This document shows, piece by piece, positions 1 to 10,497 of a stretch of DNA of 64,000 bases (positions within the stretch are counted from its first letter, which is position 1; every line of letters starts with the position of its first letter). Source of the stretch: an uncultured bacterium (GTDB lineage: Bacteria; Zixibacteria; MSB-5A5; GN15; FEB-12); NCBI GenBank assembly GCA_965372795.1, contig CBDVDR010000018.1, positions 10,735-74,734 on the forward strand, in the 5' to 3' direction. The translations under genes and the position numbers were made by a program. A model generated the notes under the pieces. The model searched no databases, was not told the origin of the DNA, and was given only the letters and a program-made list of their open reading frames with translations.

Positions 1-51
1 CGCTATGATATTGCTGACCAGAAGTTAATATATTCCGGTCAGAAAAAATCC

Positions 52-1656
52 ATGAAATTTAACCCTGATCGGGTTTTGGAATTTAATCATCGACATCATG
101 AAGCTTTAAAAAACTACAATCTTTCTCTTGAATCATGCGAAATTTATACGATTGATGATACCATTAATCAAAAATCTAATCTTGGGACCTTAAGAAACCG
201 CAGATTAAGACAGTCGGTTATATTATCAGCGGCTTTGTCGGCTGTCGTGGTGGGGTTAAAAGGTCGGGGAAGTTTGAATGATTATCCCGAAGATGAGCAG
301 ACCAATGATCTTGCCAATGAATTAAAACGCACCAATGATAGAAATGCCGCTCAAGTTATGGCTGAGGTCTTGCAAACCACAACCGAGACTCTTCCGGTTG
401 GAGAAGAGGTAATAATTGAATCGGCAATCACCGAAGGTGTAAGAGTTAAACCCGGCAAAGAAGCCGGTGGTAATCCTACAATTGCGGTCGGGGCGGTCTT
501 TGGTAAAAAGGAACATCAGGCTCAGTACGGTTTGAAAATGCCCAGCAATGTTTCGCTTTTGACGATGGGAAATGATGTCATTGACGGGACGACTAAATCT
601 GTTAAAGGCTTGCATTCATCGTTAACTGCTCTATTTGTTACCGAAGCACATATGAAACGTCATCTTCCGGATATCTATGTTCAGCGCTGGATGGGTGGTG
701 CTTATTTTGAAGAGTTTAACCCTCGTGAAGCAACTGAAATTGAGGCGGCGGAAATTATTTCAAAATCTTACGGTTATTCTTCAGTCGAAAAACTAAGCGC
801 CTTTTTCCTTGACCGACCAAGGCATTATCCGGCTATGGATCAGTTAAATAAAGCAGGGATTGCTACTCCTTATGATAAAGATGGCGATCTGATTCCGGCA
901 GTTGTGTTGGGAATGAAGGATTTAAAATTTCCTGATGGAAGAGGCATATCATCAATGATCGGTGAAATTGGCGGTTCGGCTGAATGGGCGGTCGGGGTTC
1001 TACCATTAATCTGGCGCGGGGGACAGGCGATAGGTATGCTGACCAGTCAATCTTCACTGACGCGGCCGGATTTAACTCCTGAGCAAAAATGGAATGAGCG
1101 TTTCCATTTTAATGAAGAAGAATTTATGCTTATTCAGGATGCCCGGTTTGAACGAAAACCGTATTTTACTATTTCTGATATTTTAGATAATCCTTTTGCC
1201 GGAGGTATTGCAGCCTTTGGTGGAATTACAGATAATTATCATATGCCGCTTATGCATGGGGTAAAAATAGATTCAGCTACAAACACAATTAAGGTCGCCG
1301 TTCTGGTTGTTAATTCCCTCGGGATTGTCGAGGTCTGGCAAATGGTTGTTAAATGTGATAATTCAATTGAAGAATCTATGAATCTTTTGCTTTCACCTAA
1401 AAATGAAATTGAAAATCTTGACGGGGATGATCTCGAAAAGAAAGTCGCATCGTATTTGGAAGACCCACGGCTGCGGCAAAGATATCGTATCTTTTTCAAC
1501 AATGAATACTATCCAGCCTTGATTCCTGTAAGGGATAAAATGGTAATGCTTCACAAAGCAGTAGAGAGTCTGATAGATCGTGGGGCATTAAATAACGTTG
1601 ACAGAGCTATTATTGAGGCAACGGAACGTCATGCCAGTGAGTGGTTTGCTTACTAA
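52..1656 (+). CDS. glpX: Fructose-1,6-bisphosphatase class II (GlpX-like), extended
   Basis: GlpX-type motifs in order: D-x-x-AAxxM, ITEG, DVIDGT (cf. DPxEGT), LDRPRH, DGDL (cf. DGDV), GEIGGSAE (cf. GIGGxPE); 534 aa, longer than typical. Confidence 0.7.
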   Translation: MKFNPDRVLEFNHRHHEALKNYNLSLESCEIYTIDDTINQKSNLGTLRNRRLRQSVILSAALSAVVVGLKGRGSLNDYPEDEQTNDLANELKRTNDRNAAQVMAEVLQTTTETLPVGEEVIIESAITEGVRVKPGKEAGGNPTIAVGAVFGKKEHQAQYGLKMPSNVSLLTMGNDVIDGTTKSVKGLHSSLTALFVTEAHMKRHLPDIYVQRWMGGAYFEEFNPREATEIEAAEIISKSYGYSSVEKLSAFFLDRPRHYPAMDQLNKAGIATPYDKDGDLIPAVVLGMKDLKFPDGRGISSMIGEIGGSAEWAVGVLPLIWRGGQAIGMLTSQSSLTRPDLTPEQKWNERFHFNEEEFMLIQDARFERKPYFTISDILDNPFAGGIAAFGGITDNYHMPLMHGVKIDSATNTIKVAVLVVNSLGIVEVWQMVVKCDNSIEESMNLLLSPKNEIENLDGDDLEKKVASYLEDPRLRQRYRIFFNNEYYPALIPVRDKMVMLHKAVESLIDRGALNNVDRAIIEATERHASEWFAY

Positions 1657-2495
1657 AAGCGAAGTGTCAGTTTAAATGCAGGATTGATGAAATAAGTAGG
1701 TTCGTGATTTTTCTCATATTTAACAAATGAGGAAAACAGCTCTGACATAAGGTGCCCTGCCACTGCTCCAACAATAACATCAGAAATATAATGTTTATAT
1801 GCCCTGACACGACTAAGTCCGACATAGGAACTCCATCCAAAAAGAATAGTTGGCGACAGCCACCGATATTTTCGATATCTTAAAGCCGACATCTCAGATC
1901 GCATAATAGCCCGGGTTCTTTTGTTTAGAAAACTTGAGGCATAAAAAGCTCCGGAAGTATGGAAACTGAAAAATGAACGGTGGTCGAAACCATAATCTAT
2001 ATTTGATCGTTTTGTGGCAAGTTCGGGATAAAAGCGGGGGAAGGGTCTTTCCCGGGCAATCAGCCCTTTAAAAATATCAGTCAACCCTTTAGTCGCTGCT
2101 AACCCGGTTCCAAATAGAAAGATGTCCTGAAGAGTTCTGTTCCCTTTATCATTAGATTCCCAGCCCATATCAGCTGTGACAAGTAATAATCCACATATTA
2201 TCGGTGTGATGGAAGCTCCAAGAGTATCATCAAGAAAATTCTTTTGTCCAATGGTATAATCTCCGGCAATTAGTTTCTGTATTTTTTTTTCAAAGGGGAG
2301 AGGACCGGGTAAAATAGAGTGACGGGACAAATCAATTTTTCTGATTAAGGTGCCCGACAGATAAGTTGCTATTGTTCCAGCAGAGATTAGAATTATATCT
2401 TCCTGTGATAATTCATGTTCCGCTTCTGTTGTAGATGGAATAAGTGCCATCATTAAAACAAAACAAATTAGAAAATTGTAAATTCTTATTTTCAA
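1653..2495 (-). CDS. PAP2-family phosphatase
   Basis: K-x6-RP (KGLIARERP), SFFSFHTS (cf. SFPSGH), SRV-x3-KHY-x-SDV motifs; signal peptide and hydrophobic segments. Confidence 0.8.
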   Translation of the reverse strand: MKIRIYNFLICFVLMMALIPSTTEAEHELSQEDIILISAGTIATYLSGTLIRKIDLSRHSILPGPLPFEKKIQKLIAGDYTIGQKNFLDDTLGASITPIICGLLLVTADMGWESNDKGNRTLQDIFLFGTGLAATKGLTDIFKGLIARERPFPRFYPELATKRSNIDYGFDHRSFFSFHTSGAFYASSFLNKRTRAIMRSEMSALRYRKYRWLSPTILFGWSSYVGLSRVRAYKHYISDVIVGAVAGHLMSELFSSFVKYEKNHEPTYFINPAFKLTLRF

Positions 2496-2729
2496 TTTCA
2501 GGTAACTTTATCTGAATATGTTTATTTTCATTAAGTGATAAATATTTATAAAAAAATCAAAAAAGGCAACCTTAACTTATACCTCACGTAAACAAACTCA
2601 AATGAGAGTTCTAAATATAATAACATTTTGCAACAATTATAGAATATGGCTGTCACTTATAACTAAGTAGGCATAAGCTATAATAATTGCTGAATTTATA
2701 TATGAAGATAAAAAAACTTAGGAGATATC

Positions 2730-4070
2730 ATGAAAAAGCGTTCCAGGAAATTTCTATTATTTGGATCGATTGCTGTAATTTTGGTTGTTGCAGTATCGTT
2801 ATCAATATTTAACAACGAAGACGAAGCTACAATTGTCCAAGCCGATTTAGTCCTTAATGATGATATTTTTGAAGTAGTAACAGCTTCCGGAAGAGTTCAG
2901 CCACAATCAAAAGTCGATGTGACTTCGGAAGTTTCCGCCCAAATTATCGGGCTGGAAGTTCAAGAAGGTGATTTTGTTATAAAAGGACAACCACTGGTAC
3001 AACTGGATACAGTGCAGCTTAATGCCGATGTTGCTCAGGCAAGATATCAGCTTGATGAAATTATTGCGCGGACCGAAGCCGCTCGCAGTTCATTTGTGAA
3101 AAATGAAAAAGATTTTAAAAGGCAGCAAAAGCTTTACGGTCAAAAACTGATTTCGGAAACTATTTTTACTGATGCTACATATCTTTTTGAAAGTTCAAAA
3201 GCGAATCATGAAGCAATGCAAGCCCAAATGAAAACTGGTCAAGCCCGTCTTGATAAAGTTACCGACAACCTTAGTAAAACAAAAATCACAGCTCCGATGG
3301 ATGGAGTTATTACATATTTGAACTGCGAAAAAGGTGAGATCGCTCAGGCTCAAACTGCTTATACTCAGGGCAGAAAACTGATGACTGTTTCTGATTTGTC
3401 AGTTTTTGAGGTTGAAGTTGAGGTCGATGAGACCGAGATCGCTCATGTTCGTAATGGTCAAATTGCTAAAATAAAAGTTGATGCTTTCAGGGATACTTTA
3501 TTTGAAGGCACCGTTATTGAGATCGGAAATTCAGCTTCAATTATAGGTGAAGGCACAGAAAATTTTTCTACCAATTTCAGAGTCAAGGTACGTTTCAATG
3601 ATAGCAATGTTGAGATTCGTCCGGGCATGTCAGCCTCGGTGGATATTACTACAAATGAATCATTGAATGCCACTTTAATTCCTTATGCGGCTGTGGTAAC
3701 ACGAAAATTTGATAAGGACTCGCTTGAAGCCAGGGAAAAAGTAGAAGCGGAACAGAACTCCGGCGAGGTTCATGCCGCTGAGATCAAGGATGATGATACA
3801 GTCCAAAACGATATAGTTGAAGATAAACCAAACAAGTTCAAAAAATCTAAAAAGATCAAAAAGACCGGGGTGTTTGTGATTCGCGGTGGGAAGGCAGAGT
3901 TTATTGAAGTCAAGACCGGTATTGCAGACGAACGTAATATAGAGATCCTTGAGGGGTTAATTCCCGGTGATTCGGTAATTTCAGGATCATATAAGACGTT
4001 GAGAGCTTTGTCGATTGGTGATGAAGTTACGCCTGATGAAACCTATGCTGAAAATAAACTTGATAACTAA
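2730..4070 (+). CDS. Periplasmic adaptor / membrane fusion protein (MacA-like)
   Basis: N-terminal TM anchor, lipoyl-like V.EGD.V.KGQ.L, coiled hairpin, APMDG, IRPGMSA. Confidence 0.9.
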   Translation: MKKRSRKFLLFGSIAVILVVAVSLSIFNNEDEATIVQADLVLNDDIFEVVTASGRVQPQSKVDVTSEVSAQIIGLEVQEGDFVIKGQPLVQLDTVQLNADVAQARYQLDEIIARTEAARSSFVKNEKDFKRQQKLYGQKLISETIFTDATYLFESSKANHEAMQAQMKTGQARLDKVTDNLSKTKITAPMDGVITYLNCEKGEIAQAQTAYTQGRKLMTVSDLSVFEVEVEVDETEIAHVRNGQIAKIKVDAFRDTLFEGTVIEIGNSASIIGEGTENFSTNFRVKVRFNDSNVEIRPGMSASVDITTNESLNATLIPYAAVVTRKFDKDSLEAREKVEAEQNSGEVHAAEIKDDDTVQNDIVEDKPNKFKKSKKIKKTGVFVIRGGKAEFIEVKTGIADERNIEILEGLIPGDSVISGSYKTLRALSIGDEVTPDETYAENKLDN

Positions 4071-4091
4071 TCGGATTACCGGAGTAATAGT

Positions 4092-5318
4092 TTGAGTAAA
4101 ATACTAGGTATACTGACAGAGTCTTTTTCAGCCCTCTGGGCAAACAGACTGCGGTCTTTTTTAACGGTTTTAGGAATGGTTATGGGTGTGACTTCGGTAA
4201 TTGCTATCGTTTCAACGGTCGAGGGGATGCAGATGAATATGGAAGACTCCCTTTCCAATTTAGGTCCAAAAACTTTTATCGTGACCCGGTTTGGATTTGC
4301 GATGTCTATGTCAGAATATCTAGAACGGATGAAACGGAAAAAACTTGTCCGAGGATTAATAACTGTCATTGAAGATGGCTGTCCTGATTGTGAAGAGGTT
4401 GGCGCGGAAGGATATTCATATGATCATCTTAAATATGGATCGGAAAGATTAAATTGGGTAAGTATTGAGGGGAATACGCCCAATATGCTTGATATAAAAG
4501 ATCAGGATGTGATGCTTGGAAGATATTTCAGCTGGGAAGATGATCAACGCCGGAAGCAGGTTGCCTATATCGGATTTAAGGTGTATGAGAAATTTTTTGA
4601 GAATGAAAATCCGATAGGTGAAAAGCTCAAAATCGGAGCCAGAGAATTTACAGTAATCGGAGTTGCCAAAAAAATGGACGGTGCCATGGTAAGGGGTTTT
4701 GATGAGACCGTTTATTTGCCTCTTTCAACTTTCCAGAAATTATATAAGCAACCGGGCAGTCCGGTTAATCTGATAATCAAATCCGGTTCTTTGGCAACCA
4801 GAGAACGGGCGATTGATCAGGTAAGAGTGGTGCTTCGTTCGGCACGAGCGGTGCCTTATGAACAGGATGATGATTTTACAATTATGACTCCTGATGCGAT
4901 TTTGAGTTTTGTAAATGACATCACCCGCGGTTTTAGAATTCTTATGATATCGCTTCCGCTTCTATCAATTGTTATTGGCGGGATCGTGATAATGAATATT
5001 ATGATGATTTCTGTCACCGAACGCACCCGCGAAATCGGCATTAGAAAATCAATCGGTGCCAGCAGTAAGAATATTATGTTTCAGTTTTTATATGAGTCGA
5101 TAATTTTGTCATTGATCGGTGGTTTTATCGGAATTCTGTTCGGAGTCTCACTTGGGAAAACGATTTTAAGTTCGTTGATGGATATATATCAGGCTCCGAC
5201 AACATTAGGGATTATCATCGGATTTGGGATTTCAAGCGGGGTCGGTTTATTCTTTGGTATTTATCCCGCTTTAAAAGCAGCGCGACTTGATCCAATAAGG
5301 GCACTAAGTTATGAGTAA
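4092..5318 (+). CDS. ABC transporter permease (MacB/FtsX family)
   Basis: RSFLTVLG, IMNIMMISVTERTREIGIRKSIGA, AARLDPIRALSYE. Confidence 0.92.
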   Translation: MSKILGILTESFSALWANRLRSFLTVLGMVMGVTSVIAIVSTVEGMQMNMEDSLSNLGPKTFIVTRFGFAMSMSEYLERMKRKKLVRGLITVIEDGCPDCEEVGAEGYSYDHLKYGSERLNWVSIEGNTPNMLDIKDQDVMLGRYFSWEDDQRRKQVAYIGFKVYEKFFENENPIGEKLKIGAREFTVIGVAKKMDGAMVRGFDETVYLPLSTFQKLYKQPGSPVNLIIKSGSLATRERAIDQVRVVLRSARAVPYEQDDDFTIMTPDAILSFVNDITRGFRILMISLPLLSIVIGGIVIMNIMMISVTERTREIGIRKSIGASSKNIMFQFLYESIILSLIGGFIGILFGVSLGKTILSSLMDIYQAPTTLGIIIGFGISSGVGLFFGIYPALKAARLDPIRALSYE

Positions 5319-6564
5319 TTCAATGTTTATTATGGCTGAGATTAAGGAAGGCGTGAAACTTGCCTTCAGTGCCGTAAGAGCCAATAAATTCAGAAGTATA
5401 ATGACCATTATTGGTGTAACCATCGGGGTTGGGGCTGTGATATTGGTTAATACAATTATGGATGGTTTTACGACTTACGCTGAATCTTCAATTGAAAAAA
5501 TCGGTAAGAATGTTATCTATGTTTCTAAGTGGGATGATAATACAGATTTTGACAATTTGACCGAAGAGCAAAGACGGCGTAAAAATATAACGATGGATGA
5601 AGTGTATGCAATTCAAAAGTTTTGTCCATTAGTTGAGGCGGTTTCTCCAGAGAAAAAAGCCAGAAATAATATTGCCAAATATAAAGATCGTTCTATTCGT
5701 AATCCTGATGATTTTCGAGGATGCTGGCCCGATCAGGCAATTGTTACCAACCGCGATATGGCGTTTGGTCGATTCATCGATGAAAATGATTTGGAGCGGA
5801 GTGCAATGGTTTGTGTGATCGGTCCTGATGTTGCCGATGCTCTGTTTGATGAACAGGCAGAAGCGATTGGTAAGGAGATCAGGATTAATGGATATAAATT
5901 CTCCGTTATCGGGGTACAGGAACATATCGAAGATTTATTCGGAATCAGTGAAAATGATTTCCTGTATATTCCCATGACAACTTTTGAAAAATTGTATCCG
6001 AATGTTGAACGAGTTTATTTGCTTGCCAGTGTGGTTTCAAAAAAACATATGGGTGAGGCTGTGGATCAGGTTGTGAATGCCTTGAGGAAAGTTAGAAAAG
6101 TACGTTTTGATGAAGAGAATAATTTTGCAATAGATACCCAGGAAATGTTCAAAAAACAGGTTCGTGAGATTACGATGAATGTTCAACTTGGGGCGACCGC
6201 GGTAGCATCTATTGGTCTTTTAGTAGGGGTAATCGGAGTAATGAATATTATGCTGGTTTCCGTTACCCAAAGAACCCGTGAAATAGGAATTCGTAAGGCG
6301 ATTGGCGCCAAACGATCTAATATACTTTTTCAGTTTTTGATTGAAGCAATAACTTTGACCGGAATGGGAGGGATTGTCGGAGTTGTATTCGGCGCTCTCT
6401 TGGGGTTACTGGTGACAACTTTGCTTGAATGGCAATACCAGTTATCATTGTTCTGGATTATAATTAGTTTGGCGATGTCGGTCGGAACCGGAATTGTTGC
6501 CGGGATGTATCCGGCATGGAAAGCCGCCAAAGTTGATCCGATTGTTGCTTTGCAGTACGAGTAA
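5311..6564 (+). CDS. ABC transporter permease (MacB/FtsX family)
   Basis: VMNIMLVSVTQRTREIGIRKAIGA, AAKVDPIVALQYE; overlaps the upstream permease. Confidence 0.92.
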   Translation: MSNSMFIMAEIKEGVKLAFSAVRANKFRSIMTIIGVTIGVGAVILVNTIMDGFTTYAESSIEKIGKNVIYVSKWDDNTDFDNLTEEQRRRKNITMDEVYAIQKFCPLVEAVSPEKKARNNIAKYKDRSIRNPDDFRGCWPDQAIVTNRDMAFGRFIDENDLERSAMVCVIGPDVADALFDEQAEAIGKEIRINGYKFSVIGVQEHIEDLFGISENDFLYIPMTTFEKLYPNVERVYLLASVVSKKHMGEAVDQVVNALRKVRKVRFDEENNFAIDTQEMFKKQVREITMNVQLGATAVASIGLLVGVIGVMNIMLVSVTQRTREIGIRKAIGAKRSNILFQFLIEAITLTGMGGIVGVVFGALLGLLVTTLLEWQYQLSLFWIIISLAMSVGTGIVAGMYPAWKAAKVDPIVALQYE

Positions 6565-6583
6565 TATTTAAAATAAGATAATT

Positions 6584-6614
6584 AAAAGGCATCATTTAAC
6601 GATGCCTTTTTTTT
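6584..6614. terminator. Bidirectional intrinsic terminator
   Basis: AAAAGGCATC-atttaac-GATGCCTTTTTTTT between convergent genes. Confidence 0.85.
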
Positions 6615-6623
6615 GTTTCTATA

Positions 6624-9383
6624 CTATTTAGGACAAACGTGACATGGGACCGGAGGAGTGGCGCCAGGTGTAAACATGTAATCTACAAAATAGGTCAAAT
6701 CAGAGATACCCAATGTACAGTCACCGTTATTGTCAAATTCTTCATAACAGATTGGTCCGGGTGAACCCGGGACAAACATGTAGTCTACAAAATAGGTCAA
6801 GTCAGAAATTCCTACGGTGCCATCATTATTGGCATCGCCGGGTAAATCACAGCAACCATCTGTTACTCCACCGGTAATCACGAAAGATAAATCAAGCGAT
6901 TCTATAAATGAAGGTGGTTCAAAAAGCTCAGTCCATTCCGCTGGGCTGGGTTCACCCTGATCCATTCTTGAACTACCCTGAGTTGTCCCTGATAAATCTT
7001 GGAGGATACTACCCGGAGCACCGGTGAAATCGATTATGTATGTAATATCAAAAAAGCTTTCTACATAAAACGTGCCATCGCCTAAATCAGTAGCAGTGGC
7101 ATCACCCGGGCAAGGCAGTCCAAAGCCTGTACCGGCGCCAATAAATAGATCTAGAAAATCTGGATCACCATTTATACCTCCAGACATTTGATAGAGATCA
7201 ATGGGGAAGTTTTGTATCGGATCTCCGGGATTGCGTGGTCCACTATGCATTTCACAACTGACCGGAACAATAATATTTCGAGTAAGTCCTGTAAGTGATC
7301 CGGTACCGGTCATGGTCATGTAAATATTTGCATTAAAGAAATGTTGTTCGCCACCTAATGAACCGCCCGGATTTGAATTTAATCCAGAATAATCAGTCAT
7401 AACAGCATCAATCAAAATTTCAGTTCCCGGAGGTAACCCATCAATTATAGCTAAAGGATCTGCAGAGTCGGAAGTATATTCACAATCAGCTGGAATATTT
7501 ATCGTTCCGGTTCCATTATCAGGAGCTACACAAGCAGCCTCGATTGATTTAATCCCGGATGTCTCATTCTGTAGGAATCTTGAGGTTTGCGTAGTAGACC
7601 CCATCATTCCATCTAGGATTGAACCGGGAGCTCCTTCATAATGAATTTCATAGCTAATATCAAAGAAACTATCAAATTGCCAATTGCCATCAGGTAGAGA
7701 TATCAAAGTGATCTGTCCGAGGCTGGGTAATCCGTAATCTGTTCCACCATTAAGACCGAGTAAACTAAAATCAGGATCGCCGAAAACAGAACCTGATATT
7801 TGCTTTAAGTCGGTAGCAAAGATTTGTATCGGGTCTCCAGGAGTTCTTGGTGCAGTGTGATAGACCATTGTTATTGGCATAAATAGAGTTCTGACGAAGC
7901 CGGTTAAGGCTCCTGTTCCGGTCATTGGCATTTGCATCGTGGCTTCAAATTCAATTATTTCACCACCCAAATCTCCCCCCGGAGTTATATTCACATTTAT
8001 AAAGTCTGTGATTGAAGCATCAATATCAATTATTGTTCCTGCAGGAAAACCTTCAATGATTTCCATTGTTTCACCATCTCCAAGAATATATGGGCATGAT
8101 CCGGGAAGATCGATAGTGCCTGAACCATTATCTGGTTCCGTGCATACAGGTGGATCAGATATTCCCCAAACAGCATCATCATTCCAATGATTTATTGAGG
8201 ACTTCCAACCCCATTTTGAATCCTCAAATAATGGATCGAGGTTTGCAGAAATAACAAGCCAGTAAGTGTGGCCAAACTCTTGAGAGAACCATTTATCTTC
8301 AGGGAGATAGATGTCATATTGAAAATATTGATTATGGTCATTTTCTTGAAAGGAACCCAAATAAGAATCATACCATCCTTCAGTTGAACCCGGATTTATT
8401 TCAAGGAGATTATATTCTGATATGTCATTTTCCCAGAGCATTTCACCGGGATGGCTGTAGGGGAGATCAGTTCCTGCTGGAACATCATTATAAATCTTGA
8501 TATTGAAACTGGTGACATAACCAGTATATCCATTTTTCCACGAACCCCAAAAATGAATATCTTTCACATATTCTGTTGTACTTGCTAGCCAGTCATCACC
8601 AAGTTTTATCGGATAGGTAGCATTGACATCCCAGCCTGTTTCATCTGGGAATTGGGGGGCATGCATAATGTGTCCATCATCGGGCTCCCAGTGATCGCCA
8701 CCAATAAATTGCTCACCTTGATGTAAATGCAATTTATCAGGAGTTGTTCCCATTAAACCTGAGAGGATTGATCCCGGTGAACCAGCAAAGTCAATTTCAT
8801 AAATTATGTCAAAGAAGCTTTCAACATTAAAGTTTCCATCTCCTAAATCAGATAAAGTAGTTTCTCCCGGACTGAGTAAACCGAAATTGACTCCAAATCT
8901 TATTTCTAAAACATCAAAATCAGGATCGCCGAATATTGTGCCCTGTAATTGAACTATATCAGTTTGAAATAGCTGTACAGGGTCGCCCGGAGTTCGAGGT
9001 CCAGCATGAAGTTCACAAATTACTGGCATTATAATAAAACGGTTGAACCCGGTCAAAGCACCGGTTCCAGTAATGTTTAATTCAAGATTAGCATTAAAAT
9101 AAGTAATCCCACCGCCCAGATTTCCACCGGGAGCAACGTAGATGGCGGAATAATCGGTAATTGTTGGATCCAATTCGATAGTTGTACCGGGTGGTAATCC
9201 ATTTATTATATTAAAGGGATCACCAGGTGCAATATAATTGCAATTAGCAGGGAGATCTACAGTACCAGATCCATTGTCGGGAGCGGTGCAGATTTCTGCT
9301 GTTAGAAGTACAGGCATAAAGAAAAATAAAATGAAAAACAAAGAGCCTGTTTTTAATAAATAATTAGAGAATTTGTTAAACAT
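6624..9383 (-). CDS. Secreted protein with three ~195-aa repeats, a Trp-rich domain and a C-terminal Cys-rich dockerin-like module
   Basis: Signal peptide; three CxxPDNGxGT...SFFDI.Y.I...G.PGSIL repeats; C-terminal duplicated GDANNDG/FDNNGDC...ISDLTYFVDYMF. Confidence 0.8.
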   Translation of the reverse strand: MFNKFSNYLLKTGSLFFILFFFMPVLLTAEICTAPDNGSGTVDLPANCNYIAPGDPFNIINGLPPGTTIELDPTITDYSAIYVAPGGNLGGGITYFNANLELNITGTGALTGFNRFIIMPVICELHAGPRTPGDPVQLFQTDIVQLQGTIFGDPDFDVLEIRFGVNFGLLSPGETTLSDLGDGNFNVESFFDIIYEIDFAGSPGSILSGLMGTTPDKLHLHQGEQFIGGDHWEPDDGHIMHAPQFPDETGWDVNATYPIKLGDDWLASTTEYVKDIHFWGSWKNGYTGYVTSFNIKIYNDVPAGTDLPYSHPGEMLWENDISEYNLLEINPGSTEGWYDSYLGSFQENDHNQYFQYDIYLPEDKWFSQEFGHTYWLVISANLDPLFEDSKWGWKSSINHWNDDAVWGISDPPVCTEPDNGSGTIDLPGSCPYILGDGETMEIIEGFPAGTIIDIDASITDFINVNITPGGDLGGEIIEFEATMQMPMTGTGALTGFVRTLFMPITMVYHTAPRTPGDPIQIFATDLKQISGSVFGDPDFSLLGLNGGTDYGLPSLGQITLISLPDGNWQFDSFFDISYEIHYEGAPGSILDGMMGSTTQTSRFLQNETSGIKSIEAACVAPDNGTGTINIPADCEYTSDSADPLAIIDGLPPGTEILIDAVMTDYSGLNSNPGGSLGGEQHFFNANIYMTMTGTGSLTGLTRNIIVPVSCEMHSGPRNPGDPIQNFPIDLYQMSGGINGDPDFLDLFIGAGTGFGLPCPGDATATDLGDGTFYVESFFDITYIIDFTGAPGSILQDLSGTTQGSSRMDQGEPSPAEWTELFEPPSFIESLDLSFVITGGVTDGCCDLPGDANNDGTVGISDLTYFVDYMFVPGSPGPICYEEFDNNGDCTLGISDLTYFVDYMFTPGATPPVPCHVCPK

Positions 9384-9491
9384 AATTACCTCTATCGTTT
9401 ATGTGTATATAACTCTAAAAATATGTATTGCAAAATTTAGAATAAATTTGTTAGAAAGATCATTGATGATTTCTTGATAATGTATATTAGG

Positions 9492-9520
9492 ATGGTAATA
9501 AAATGAACTTGAAATGTCAA
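9492..9520 (-). promoter_or_regulatory. Sigma70-type promoter for the 6624-9383 gene
   Basis: Minus strand TTGACA-17 nt-TACCAT. Confidence 0.55.
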
Positions 9521-9534
9521 GAAATTAATGGAAG

Positions 9535-10497
9535 TTAATAGCCACGTTTGAGGTCGATTTGATTGTCGAGTAATCCGGTGTCGATCTGTTTGTTGAGTAA
9601 TGATGCCAGATGTTCGATGCGGAGTTCTTCGGTTTGATGTGAATGACCAGCCATGTGAGGGGTCATGACAACATTCTTTAATTCTTGAAAAGGAAACTCA
9701 GAGGGGGGGGAATTCTTTCTTTCCTGAACTGATTTCGGGTAGTTGTACCAGACATCCAGACCGGCATAAATTTTACCGCCTTTAAGAATGTTATACAGAG
9801 CAGATTCATTTATAATTGAACCTCTGGAAATGTTTATTACTATAGAATTTTCAGGGAGTAATGAAAGTTGATCTGCTCCGATAAGATTATCAGTTTTATC
9901 CGTAAGGGGGAGACATACAAAGAGGATATTTGTTTCCGAGAGAAGATTATCTAACTTGTCCAATTTGAAAAGATTATCACTCGGCTCAGTTATATTATTT
10001 TTTATTGCTTTAACATTCATTTCAAATGAAGAACAAATATTATCAATCCGTTTTCCAATGGTTCCATAGCCAAGGATCAGAACATTTTTACCTTCCAATA
10101 AAATTCCACCATCGGTGTTGTAACGGAAACTCCAATCAGAGTTTCTGAAATTATGATCAATCTCATTGATTCTTTTGGCTGCGGTCATCATCAACGTAAT
10201 TGCATGTTCCGCCACCGGAGCGGCGTTGTGGTGGATATTGTGAACCGTAATATTCGGGTGTTTCTTCATCAAGGCTCTCGTAGCTTTGGGAAGCCCAGCC
10301 CAGGGGATTATGACAGCTTTCAAATTTGGTGAGGCGATTATCTGTTCCTGATTTGGGACGCCGGCGATTAGGATTTCATAATCAGATTGCCCTGATGGCA
10401 ATTCGCCATGAGTTAGAAGAATGCTTGAATTTAATCTGGAACGAAGCTTGGAAATAAATTCAGAATCAGAATCTTGGTAATGGACTTTTATATTCAT
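9535..10497 (-). CDS. D-isomer-specific 2-hydroxyacid dehydrogenase
   Basis: VAEHA, ILGYGTIG Rossmann motif, INISRG, GLDVW, TPHMAG. Confidence 0.9.
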   Translation of the reverse strand: MNIKVHYQDSDSEFISKLRSRLNSSILLTHGELPSGQSDYEILIAGVPNQEQIIASPNLKAVIIPWAGLPKATRALMKKHPNITVHNIHHNAAPVAEHAITLMMTAAKRINEIDHNFRNSDWSFRYNTDGGILLEGKNVLILGYGTIGKRIDNICSSFEMNVKAIKNNITEPSDNLFKLDKLDNLLSETNILFVCLPLTDKTDNLIGADQLSLLPENSIVINISRGSIINESALYNILKGGKIYAGLDVWYNYPKSVQERKNSPPSEFPFQELKNVVMTPHMAGHSHQTEELRIEHLASLLNKQIDTGLLDNQIDLKRGY

